Shown piece by piece: positions 12,900 to 25,439 of a DNA stretch of 64,000 nucleotides. Origin of the DNA: Octopus vulgaris (lineage: Eukaryota); contig OX597816.1 in NCBI GenBank assembly GCA_951406725.2, forward strand, positions 69,564,001-69,628,000, in the 5' to 3' direction. The position numbers were made by a program, and so were the translations under genes. Under the pieces are notes generated by a model. The model was not told where the DNA came from. It worked only from the letters and a program-made list of their open reading frames with translations, and searched no databases. Every line of letters begins with the position of its first letter. Positions within the stretch are counted from its first letter, which is position 1.

Positions 12900-13574
12900 G
12901 AAATAGGAAATCCGTTGGAAAAAACAAAAACAGAACAGAGGCGGAGCAAAACAAATCGAACGAGGCTCCTAAGAGCCCATGGCCAAACTGTTTATCAATG
13001 TATGTTGAAAACGGGTGGTGGGTGCGTTGAAGATTTTAACGGGTCAGGCAGCGGTCATTCCGGTGGGTGAGGGCACGGGGTGCGTAGATGTTCTTTGTGA
13101 CCGAGACTAAAGTTCTGACTATTTAAAGAATATTAGATGTATTATATGGGGCGGGACAAATTCTACTTAGAAACATGTGTGTGTGTACTGTTCTATATAT
13201 GTGCGGCCGCAAGTTGGTAAGAAGCGCTACACTCTGGTCACTGCTGAGAAATCCGTCAGGGGGTAGAAAATATTTTATGTGTACGTGTGTGCGTTTGATC
13301 GCGCGGCCGTCAGTTGGTAAACAGCTCTACACAATGGTCAATGCTGTAAAATCCATCGGGCGGCAGAAAAATATTTTATGTGTGCGAGTGTTCGTCTAAT
13401 CAAGCCTTGTCAAAGAAACCCCCCGTCGTCAAAAACAAAACACCATTCGTCTCCCAGGAGTAATTCCCCTTGCAATGGTTAATCATATTTCTCTTAAAAG
13501 CTTTTTCAGAATTTATTACCAAGGGCTATTTTCATATAAGTAGTGTAACCGGGTGCAGGTATTATTTATAAGCG

Positions 13575-13921
13575 TTATTTATAAGCAAGATAAGTATAAC
13601 GCCGCCAATGGGGGCATCGAAAAGCCGACTGTAAAAGTCCGTTTACCATCCGGTCTCTGGCGAACAATATATGGAAGAGTTCGGAGACACAAAGGTTGCA
13701 CTTCCTTCTGCCCCTGTCAAATGGGAGGGCCACCGACAAAATTGACCATTCCAGCCTGTAGCTTGAGTTCGTATTCTTCAATCGCCATATTAGCTTGCTA
13801 AGTCCCTTGGTCTGGCGTTTATTCACGTCTCGAAAAGTTGCGTAATGGTTGGAGATTCGTAGGGCCAATCTTGACGATGAGGCCCCGACATAAGCGTAGA
13901 CATCTGAGTCCGTGTAAACCT

Positions 13922-13925
<4 letters not shown>
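13575..13925 (-). pseudogene. GIY-YIG endonuclease domain of a Penelope-like element, 5'-truncated
   Basis: YVG motif, catalytic Arg followed by NH, CNLC motif; no RT upstream. Confidence 0.82.
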
Positions 13926-13986
<61 letters not shown>

Positions 13987-15917
13987 TCGGTAAATCATAA
14001 ATTCGAAAGAGAAGCGTACTCTAAGTTATAGAGGAGTAGAATAATTTGATAAGAATAATTACGGCCGATCTATGGGGTCACCCTGTGCTTCACATCTATA
14101 AAGCACTTAACTCTACACTGTTTCTTTAGAACCCAATGGTCGGTGGCGTATAATGTATACGAAACGTGGAGGATGAAAACACATCATGGCTCGTTGTTAA
14201 ACATAGACGCAGCAGCCGATTAGATATAGCGGTAAAAGGGAGATAATCCCATGCGCTTAAACCTTCTGCTTTGTCCGATTGTTCTCTCTCCAAATTGAAG
14301 AGAACTTCTAGGCCATTAAAGTCTGAAGAGACACTATAAAGCTAAGCTCTTTGAATACACATACATACTTATGTATGTATATTCAAGAACTGAAAAATTA
14401 CAGAATATTATTACGTCAATAATTATCTTCGCTGTGTTCAATTTCTATCACGATATACATTTCAATTTAACTCTACTCATGTGTACCAGCTCGTGTTCTT
14501 AGCTGTAGGACACTTGTGATCCAACAGATATATGGTAACAAACATGATCATCTTGAAATTTTTATATATCAGGTGTACAAGGTAACCTCCCTTCTTTGAG
14601 ACAATAGTGTTAGAGCTTGTAGTATGACGAACGTTATTGTTTGCAATATAGAATTCAATCAGACATGATATGTTGAGAACCAATAAGAACAATAGCTATT
14701 GACAAAATGGCATTTTTGTTTCTTTTGATAGCTTTCCCACATCCACAGGTACTTTCTGACTGCGAGCAGCATGGTCAGATACGTTCCAGCTGTGACCAAC
14801 CGCTCTTTCTTTTAAAGTTATTATCTACAGTTATATTATCGAATGTGTCCAACTGTGTGGATGAAGTTTATTTCTTTTTTTAACAGAGCAAGATCACACG
14901 ACATGCTATCTGAGCACAAATATTGCAGTAACTAGCCTATCGACCGCTGAGAGGATTAGAACAGCAGTGAAAGACATGTTCTGCTCAAGAACAAAGCGCA
15001 TCGCACGGTCCAGGCACCACAATATAACGATCATGAGTCCAACCCCCTAACCATGCCATGCACTTCTCCAAATGAAACAACATTTTACAGAATCTACCGT
15101 AGACTCGAAACTGATAAGAGATATATCATGTTAAGATATAATGAATATATACCACTTCCTGCAAGACATTTCCAATTTTATTATCACAAACCAAAATTTA
15201 TTTTAATCTTCTTTCGTTTCGTTTAGAAAAATAAAGTAGCAACATTTCGATGATTCTTTTTAAATGTTCCTTTCATTACTTCTTTTAAAGAAACCATTTT
15301 TCTATATTTGTTCCTTGATTATATATAATATCTATACTATAGTTGACAAAGAATTCTATTAAAACTCTAAACTAATTTTCCATTTTCTATAGATTTTTCT
15401 CGTTCCTTTTTATGCCTTGTATGATTAGATCAATTTATATTCAGTTGGTTTCAGGCCATATTTTAGAAATCATTTTCCTTTAGCTTACTAAATTTTTCTG
15501 CTGGTTTATTTCAATTAATTAGGAGAAAGTTTTCTTCCCTTCTACAGTCTTGAGAAACTAAGCCGTTTGTGTTTTAAATAATGCATTACTTTATATTAAA
15601 GAATTTCTATTTTAGTCTTCAGTATTTGGCAGATGTCCTCGGTATTTGGCAACGTAACGGTGGAACGCGTAGTGGCCTCACTATAATCAAGATCATTGTC
15701 TAGATCTTAGACTTCATTCTACTAGGGTCAGGTTTACTTTGAACCCCTTTGTTGAATTTCTTTATTGGAATATACTCAGTGAATTTGCTATTGTGGGCGA
15801 GGAAGCAAGGAGCATCTACTTGATCAGTGGGCTTGAAATATATACCAGGCGAATATAGCTGAAATCTAACAGTTCTGTCTTATATAAAGAAAAGTCAGGT
15901 TAGTATGGTCTTATATA

Positions 15918-17065
15918 TACTAGCAAATCTACCCATGTACGATGGAGACATAAAATGAAGGAGGCAAGTCATAACAGCAGTATGCATTGCGAAATGTGTA
16001 AATGGACTTGATAGACTATTGCATGATGTCTTCCGGAAATCACATTATTGTTGGTGATACAGTATTCTATTGCAGCTATATGACATGTGTTTGCGACTAA
16101 GTGACATATGATGTCAATTCACTTCCGAACAAAAATAGGATCCCAGCCTCTGTATCATGAATGATTATGTTGCCCACTCCTAACGAAAGCCAGAATTCCT
16201 TCGACCACTACATAAAAAGTATTTAGAAAAATGTTATTTAGATATACTTTTATTTGAGTTGTTTACACTGTTTTACGCTTGTTTGTACACTTATACGTTC
16301 AAAGGTCACAAATTTCCTCATTGAAATTATGATTCGTATTCCTTTCGAGAATATCAATATGTTTACAAACGTCTTTGTAGACGATATTTTTCTGTTAGGT
16401 CGACTCTAATTTTCAGATTACGGGATTCCCTTGCTTTACTCATAGTGACGTATAACTGACCGTCTGTAATAATGGGAGTGGGTAAACATACACCTACACG
16501 ATCTAAAGTCTATCCTGTGCTTTGTTTGCTGTGAATGCACGAGTGGTATATTTAGGGTTGAAAAAAACAAACAAACGAATGTTTACATCTCACCTTTCTA
16601 TGCAAATAATATCTGGATATTCTGGAACCATGGGTTATTTTGATTGACAAAAGCGAGGTGTAAACAACAGCCGCTTCAATTGGTCGTTTCGAATCCTGCT
16701 CGAGACTGATACACTTCAATAACCACTAAATAATCACACACACTGTTTTCCATTTTATTTTCGCTTTTAACCGTCCTCGCGACCCCCTTCGTATCTACGA
16801 TGAGGCCACGGACTATACGATGAAAATCCAGTATTCCTCGTGGTCGGTAAATTTTTAGTAAAATGCAAAGGTGGTCTATCAATTCAAAAATCGATATCCA
16901 CGAAATAATCATACTTTCTGATATTTGAATACTAAAAATCTTCCTCACGATCGTCTTTGTAATCCCGAAAAATATCGTAACCATTGGTCCAGCCGTGAAG
17001 AGGGGACAGGCAAAGACACGGACAGACGGACAGACAGACATAACATCCATTACAGTAAAATTCGT
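15918..17065 (+). mobile_element. Decayed Helitron/Helentron (HINE/DINE-like) element
   Basis: 5' TACTAGCAAATCTACCC; KCVNGLDRLLHDV resembles the PIF1 DRLLRD motif; 3' CATTGGTCCAGCCGTG...(GACA/GACG)n is like HINE/DINE-1 ends. Confidence 0.45.
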
Positions 17066-19144
17066 AAAACACAGTTTGGACACTGTTAGATTAAATAGAA
17101 CCCTATCCAAATTGGAACATGTAAGAGACTACATGGAGCCAATGAACTGATACGGTAAAGTGATATGGTAGAGTGATTTTTGTCCCCTTAGTTAGAACAA
17201 GGTGCGTCCAAATAGAGAACACCAGGAAAAAAATCTTGCTCCACTTATTTAAGCTTCTTCAGTTGTCGATTTAGAACAACACTGATAGTTACTTTGTTTA
17301 ATTATTCCAGCGGTTCATGTAGAAGCTCTTTCACTTCACTCTCTAACTAATTATCCTACGAAGACATGGACGTGTGCTATCTCTCATAGAGAGAAGAAAG
17401 AATTACGGTGGACTTCGGGGCTATGTATAAACAACGAAACGACGATCGCCAATCAAATGGTATGTCATAGAATCATTATTTAGATTTTTAGTCTCGCTGT
17501 TTTACACATTAACTGGAACACGATGAAGATGAAATCAACCCAATTTACCTTAAATCAGTAGGACGGTTGTGATAAACGATGGCACAGAAATATGTTTTAT
17601 TGCGTAATACAAGATTCACTATTTCTGGGAAAAGGCAATACCAAAGGGAGATTACATCTGTAAGAGCTTTCCTTATATGGTTTGCTTTATCTGGATTCAG
17701 CGTGGGCGGTTTTAAATTTCAGATCTATGATTTTAATTAAATTCATTTTACCATCACACAGGATAAAATTTTAAGGGTGTACAGTTCGGATATTCTATGA
17801 AAAGCACATCATATATCAACAAAATAGCATCTACATGCTCACTCATCCTAGTGCATGGAGCAGTTAAATCTGTCTCACGTTATTGCATGGCCTCTTAAAT
17901 GTATGTAGGAAAAGAATAGACAAGATGGTTACGACTGAAAAGCCTTTTGACATAGATCTGTTCTTTCAAGACTAAATTTGAGCTAAACAATGACAATAAA
18001 ATTGTAATGCGCGCTCTACGGATTTACGCTTCTCATATTCCATTTATGTAGTTAAATGCTAGTCATTCCTATTCTGTCGCCTTTATGAACTGTAGATTAC
18101 TGGTCTCCAATCCTTTAGCTTATAATTGTTCTCTATTAACTTCTGAAGTCCAATACTCTATTAAATCCTGGGTTCCAGTCAGGTTGTGTTTAATGATAGT
18201 TTTCATTTCTATGATATTGGCAAAATTTAAAATAATAATGTATTTGTATCAATCAGACCCTAGAAATAATTGCTTCGTGTCTAATCAAAATATATAATAG
18301 ATTATAATCACTATTCCTAGGAGAATATATCCAGCCAATTTATGTTCCTACATTAATTATTTGCTTCAATCTTACTGCTGTATTTCCCAAACCACAGTTG
18401 ATTTATGCATAGATTAGAAAATTCCTTTTTCATGACTATTATTGTATTCTATTGAATCAGTTGGTAGTGTGTCAAAATGAGGTGTCCTAAGGAAATAAAG
18501 AATGCATGACAGAAAAAAGAAAGAAAAAAAGACAGATACACAGACAGACATACATCCACACACATACACACAGCAGAAAATCTTCACATAGTATTATATA
18601 CGACATTTTATTGCCCTATATCGAATCCTACTAAGACCAAATTTATTCTTTAGTAAGCACTTCAGTAGTGTTCTGATGACGGTAAAACACCTACTGGGGA
18701 TGTTAGCTTTATCTACTTATAAAAGTTTGATTTGCAAGATTAATAGTTAAAGCTTAGAACGATTGAAACACGCTGTAGAGGTGAGACTTTTAATATAAAA
18801 GAGTTTGTGGATGAGTTCACCGAGTTCAGCTAGTGAGCAGGGAAGAACCAAACGTTTCAGGCTGTGGTCCTTCCTCTAAAAGAATGAGATTGTTAAACAC
18901 AAATATAGAGTCACACATAGAGTTGGTGACAAAAAGAGTGAAAAAAAGAGTTGGTTTAGATCTGAAAGCATAGTTGGATGCTTAACAAATTTGCTTTTTG
19001 TAAGTTTTTGTAAGTTTTTGTAAGTTTGATTCCTTTGCGGGGCACTTATGAAAGTGTTTTCTACTACAGTCTAAACTGAGCAGAAACTCATCATACCATT
19101 ATATATATATATATATATATATTTGTGTGTGTGTTTGTGTGTGG

Positions 19145-19221
<77 letters not shown>

Positions 19222-20186
19222 CATGTATGTATGTATATTCAGATGTATATATATTTTCCTTAATTCCAATCTCGTCGAAGTCAACTTTAAATTTCATCAT
19301 TTCGGGTCAATAGAATAATGTAGCAATCAACGATATCACTTATCGTCCATTAAATTTCATGGTCTTCTGCGTACATTAAAATTAATTTTCATATTATATC
19401 CCATAAGTTGGAAAAAGTTTTGAAAGCACATCTCTAAACTCTGTATTCAGCACTGTAACATTTGCACTAATTTCGCTGTTTTCCCACAGATGATATATAC
19501 CGGTTCTTCCGACTTGTTTTAATGTTTGTTCTTCAACAAATACAACAAACTGCGGTAAAAATAACTGAGAGCAGCGAACCTATGTGTTATATACTTTTTT
19601 TTCCATATAGTAGCTAAGGAAATAATCCGTAATATTTTAAGTACATTCATACACTTCTGTCATAGCATATTATCTGTTTTCTCATTTCTCTCTTCGTCTG
19701 ACAATTCATATCTTTATTCATTTCCTGTTAGTTATCCAAATGTTTATACCAGTCGATATTAGCAATCATATCACATTTGTAAATATTTTTCCTTTGCTTT
19801 TGTCGCGTTCTATTCTGTATTCAATAACAAATTTATTTAACCGTTTTCGAAGTTGGAATTTCTTGAGTACTAGACAGCTGTCCGTGAGTGCAGCGAGTCT
19901 ATATCAGATTACGGAAACTTTGTCGTGTTTATCGCAAAGAAATTTATCTCCTAATATTCTTTTACATCAAAGTCTGTCGATTGTGCGGTAGAGTATAATT
20001 CATGTGAGTCATCAATAGCAGTACTAGAAATTTATTGTCTGGTATGTGTTGTAATGTATTTACTTCCGTATGTCTTCTGTTGAACAGAATCAACGAGAAA
20101 CCTGTAAGAAGCTGTTCAACTTACAAACAGTAGCTGTAATTACTTGCAGCTTTATGTACTTACGTTATAGAAGCATCAGTGAGTTA

Positions 20187-20563
20187 AAGGCGGCGAGCTG
20201 GTAGAAACGTTAGCACGCCGGGCGTAATGCTTAGCGGTATTTCGTCTGCCGCTACGTTCTGAGTTCAAATTCAGCCGAGGTCGACTTGGCCGTTCATCAT
20301 TTCGGGGTCGATAAATTAAGTACCAGTCACGCACTGGGGTCGATGTAATCGACTTAATCCGTTTGTCTGTCCTTGTTTGTCCCGTCTGTTTTTAGCCCCT
20401 TGTGTGTAGTAAAGAAACAGGTATTTCGTCTGCCGTTACGTTCTGAGTTCAAATTCCGCCGAGGTCGACTTTGTCTTCATTCTTTCGGAGTCGATAAATT
20501 AAGTACCAGTTACGCACTGGTGTCGACGTAATCGACTTAATCCATTAGCCCCCTAAAGAAATA
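20187..20563 (+). mobile_element. SINE family A, dimer
   Basis: Full monomer, then re-entry at AAAGAAACAGGTATTTCGTCTGCCG. Possible decayed TSD AGAAGCATCAGTGAGT / AGAAACGTTAGTGAGT. Confidence 0.9.
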
Positions 20564-21791
20564 AGAAACGTTAGTGAGTCAGTCGTGAACACATTTGCGG
20601 TGACAGTAGAAATTTCTGAATCATTACCTTTTACACACCTCCAAGCCACTTATTTCTCATAACGAACTTCAAAGCTAAGAACATTAAATCACCTAATTTA
20701 CGATTTATTGCCGTCTTAAGCCTATCAAAAATATTCACTGTTAGTGATAATAATGAAAACTTCATCAACATTTAATTCCATCATCACTATGTGGGAATGA
20801 ACGAAATATAAAAATCTATAGTCTGGAATCATCTGTCGCTGCTATTAAAACACATCACTAGCATTCCAAACAGATCAAACGTCTAATAAATTTGTTTAAC
20901 ACGTACACGAATAAAATTTAACATTTCAGGCAATAATGTTCCGTAGGGAAGTGCTTTTAGTCTTCTCCTCCCACCCTTAAACTCTTAATGCTCGAGACCT
21001 CGATTTAAACGGCTTCCGTAAATATATTGATTTCTTACGCAAACACGAAGCCTATGCGACATATAAGTGTGAAAAAGATCGACACCAGAGCTCGGATTTT
21101 ACTTATTTTCACCTCAGCAGAATGGTCCAAAGTGAATAAAAGATAATCTTGAACAACACTAAATGCTGACCTTATGAAATAAACTCAAAACACTAAGCAC
21201 TATGCAAAAAGTTTTTACGCTACAGAATCTAGAATTGAAAGAAAAGAGTAATAAGCCAACCGGTATCTACAGAAACACTTATTTTCGAAATAAACTACCA
21301 GAACATGTTGGATCGAGGTTTCTCATAAATCCCTATTCGCGAGACAAGACGTCAGAGAAGGCTCTTCTGATTAGATGAGACTTAGGAGAATTAAGTTACA
21401 TTTAAAGTCCAATATCAGATAAAAGACTACTAAATTTTGTCATATCTCGGTAACCGAAGGAACCGGCTCGATGGAAACACACGAAGAAAACAAAAGGCAT
21501 GCAAAGAATTGACTTCGATTTATAAGCGTTCGCGAATTGTATATGTGCAGTGGGAAGATAATTATATATCATTAAACAAAAGAATGTACGCATTTGTGTT
21601 TAGAGTGCGTATATCTGTGTATTTTTGTATATACGTATGTATATACATTGATATATGCACATACTTACATATAAACTTATACATACACGTAGGCATTAAT
21701 ATATGTAGTATGCACATACGTACATATACATATATATACATAATGCATACATATATACATACACACAAACACACATATATATATTATTAAG

Positions 21792-21863
<72 letters not shown>

Positions 21864-22711
21864 GCAACATGCTTACATACGTGTATAGGGGCGCGCAAGT
21901 GCGTGTGTGTGTGCATTCAGAGAGAAAGAAAGAGAGATTAATGCTGAATAGATACAGAGACAGAGCGACACAGAGAGAGTGTGTGAGGGTGTGAGAAAGA
22001 AAGGGAGAGAGAGAGCGACAAACACACACACACACATACACACACACATACATACAAACATTCTGTGTTGTAGCTTGTTGTACACTCATTAAAGTGACTT
22101 AAGTTGAAAATATATTATTCCTCAATGGCTTTTTTCCTGTTGGAAACGTCTACATTAATAGCATTTTGTTTACCATTATTTCTACTCCGATCTAAATATA
22201 GCAGTATGAGATATTACATTACTTCTCCTATTTCTTTATATATAGTTCACGTTTCACAGTAAATCATACCGATTTTATCTTAATTGCTTTTTTTTTAGTT
22301 GACCAATCGACTATAAGTTAGTGTCTTTCTAACATATAATCAGTGTTTCGGTGTGATCATGTCTCCTACTACTACTACCACTTCTCCGCCTCCTTTCTCT
22401 TCTAATTCACGTTGTTGGGGTACTTTACATTCTCTTATTTTAGACGGAACCTGAGCGATATATGCTAAAGTATTGAATGAAATCTCTTCTGACGTTTGAC
22501 TGTATAAAATTTTATCTCCCACGTTCAAATCTCACCGTGGCTGTGTTTCTTTGTATATTGGTTTCATATTTCTATAAATGTGTGTGACATTATGCCTGTG
22601 TTTTATCCTTTACTTGCTTCAGTTATTGGATAGCAGCCATTCTGGAGTTTCCCCTTATAAGGTTACCATCGAAAAAATCGGGCCCAATTGTTTTTGTTTT
22701 GTTTTTGTTTT

Positions 22712-22828
22712 TCCAGTTTCAGCTCTTGAGCTGTGGCCATGCTGGGGCACCGCCATGTCTGAGAATCGAAACCGCGATCCTGCGACCGCGAGTCCGCTGC
22801 CCTAACCACTAGGCCATTGCGCCTCTAC
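22712..22828 (-). mobile_element. Short chimeric SINE: family C tRNA head fused to a LINE-type 3' tail
   Basis: Minus strand: GAGGCGCAATGGCCTAGTGGTTAGGGCAGCGGACTCGCGGTCGCAGGATCGCGGTTTCGATTCTCAGAC followed by ATGGCGGTGCCCCAGCATGGCCACAGCTCAAGAGCTGAAACTGG. Confidence 0.8.
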
Positions 22829-22994
22829 CTATAATTTTTTTTTTTTTGAAGTCTTCAATGTATTTTAAAGTTTATTTTGCCTAACCGCTAGACTACGGGG
22901 GCGTAAGCAAATGTCCAGTGGTTGTTAAGCAGTGGATTGTCAAACACGTACACAAACATAGACACATTATATCTATAGCTATATTTGTCAATTA

Positions 22995-23038
<44 letters not shown>

Positions 23039-23057
23039 GTATACATATATATATATA

Positions 23058-23515
23058 TGAGAAATCTCGAGCTGCACATGAGAAAGTAAGGAGAGATGTC
23101 AGGAAGGGCATCGCTGTTACACTTCCAGAAGGGAAGGGTCTTCCTTTGATTATGACATGCAATGCCTGTGCAAGACCCTGTCTCAGTAAAGCTGGAGTCA
23201 TCTTCGTAGTCATAAACCGAGACAGATGAGTGACAACCTGGCCACTGGTGGTGGTGTAACACACCATACTAATCATATCTGTCAGGCATGTGGGAGAGAG
23301 TGTAATTCGGCAGGAGGACTTAAACGACATGCAAAGGTACATGAAGCCCAGCTACAACTACAGCCGGCTATTACCAGTACAGGTTTTAGTTGCCAATTTT
23401 GTACAAGACACTGTAGATCTTTAGCTGGGCTAAAAAGTCACATTCGATCACAGCACCAGTAACAGTTAAGCTTCGTGCAATGGCCATACTCGATAACGAG
23501 GGGGCAGCCATAATA
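23058..23515 (+). mobile_element. RTE-type LINE 3' fragment encoding three zinc fingers
   Basis: CNACARPCLSKAG (frameshifted), CQACGRECNSAGGLKRHAKVH and [22 protein letters not shown], then the RTE-like 3' stem-loop GGCCATACTCGATAACGAGGGGGCAGCC. (TA)n on both sides. Confidence 0.75.
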
Positions 23516-23587
23516 CATATATATATATATATACATATATATGTGTGTATTTGTATTCGTGTACGAATATAAATAAATAAATAAATA

Positions 23588-23641
<54 letters not shown>

Positions 23642-24362
23642 CTTTTGATATATAAGTACATGCATATTATATACATATATATGTATATATATATTCACAT
23701 AGATATACATACATACATACATAAACACACACACACACACACGCATATATATATATATATATATATACAAAGGAGAGAGAGAGAGAGCGAGATCTGGATA
23801 GGTCGATAGATACATAAGTAGATGTAGAGGTAGGTATAAAGGCATACATACATACATACATGCATGCATGCATACATACATACATACATACATACATACA
23901 TACATACATACATACATACATACATACATACATACATACATACAAACATACACACATACACACTGAGACAATTTATTAAAAATCTGTAATTCCACGTTAT
24001 CAGCCGCCTGGAAGATAAATGCATACCTAATAATGTTGTTCGATCTAAAACTGAAATTGATTCAAACTAATCTGTTGTGTACTATGCACATCTATGAACG
24101 GAGTAATGTTCTCTTGAGAGAAAACGACGCTCTGACAGACAGACATGATGTTTTTGAAGCTGAGGATTTTAAAATTATGGAGACAATATTTACATATGGT
24201 CTGAGGAAACACAATTACATCTCATAATGCAAGAAAACAGTTACATAATCAAGAAGATGCACACCTGGAAAACTAGGTTGCGTTGAAACAATTGTAGTTA
24301 TTGAAAAATGCATGTCCAAATGTACACCTTCTTGATGACTCCAACACTCCAATATATCCAAT

Positions 24363-24419
<57 letters not shown>

Positions 24420-25225
24420 TAACTCTTACTATACATCATTGGCTCTCTTTCCGTTCCCAGCGAACATGCAGCTACACTCATTTCTCTCCTTCATTTATAT
24501 TCATTTATTTTCATTCAAGCACATGTCTTGGTTAAGTAACTGGTGTCACCCTTTCTTGAATATACAGAAGAAAACTAAGTCTAGTGGCGTCTCTTAATAT
24601 GGTACAAAAGAAAGTTTTTATTGCTTAAGGCAAGCTAGATGGCCACCAGTACACTTTGTAAAGTAGACTGCTTTGAGAACGTTTTTCATATGGAGAACAT
24701 AGCGATCCTTCTTCATGTTTTCATGATTAAAAGTAATCAAAGCCTTTCGCAGACTGTTTATTAATATGGTAGGCAGGGAATGCAATTTTAGAAACCGAAC
24801 TGACATTGGAATATGAACATGAAAAAGGGACCACCCAACAACATTGAATTGGCAGTAACATCGAATATTAACACCCTCGAATTAGGCCGCTTGTCCAACA
24901 CATATCAGCGGGGAAATTGAATATATGATAATGATCATATCAGGACAGTGCAATCTTTCATTGATTGCAAACACAGACACACTCACACCAAAGCACACAT
25001 AGACACATATACACACATATATATAGACGCGTATGAATGTGAGTAAAGCTATTTTCAACTCATATGACATTGTAGTAATTCACGTCACTTTTAAAATTCT
25101 GCTGAGCCCTCGTTGCCATTCATAGGCATTGATTTATTTTAAAGTATTTCTGCAGATGTTCGTATATGTGTGTAGGTGTGGGTATGTTTGTGTGTTTGTG
25201 TGAGTGCTTGTGAGTGAATGCATTA

Positions 25226-25294
<69 letters not shown>

Positions 25295-25407
25295 TGTATA
25301 TGTATATATATTTATATATATATATATAGAGAGAGAGAGAGATAAATAACTACGTACATAAATACGTATACGTATGCATGCATACACATGAACATATATG
25401 CATTTGA

Positions 25408-25439
<32 letters not shown>

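Larger units (their letters stand above)
12759..13925 (-). mobile_element. Penelope-like retroelement 3' fragment (GIY-YIG endonuclease, 3' UTR/pLTR), flanked by (TA)n
   Basis: Open frame 13925-13575 reads CKVYTDSDVYAYVGASSSRLALRISNHYATF...LSKLIWRLK...WSILSVA...RKCNLCVSELFHIL, typical of PLE endonucleases. HHR motif near the 3' end. Confidence 0.85.

Noticed and set aside
24000-24980. Possible decayed transposase Cys cluster and RT QFGF remnant
   Set aside because: Too degenerate to assign by eye.
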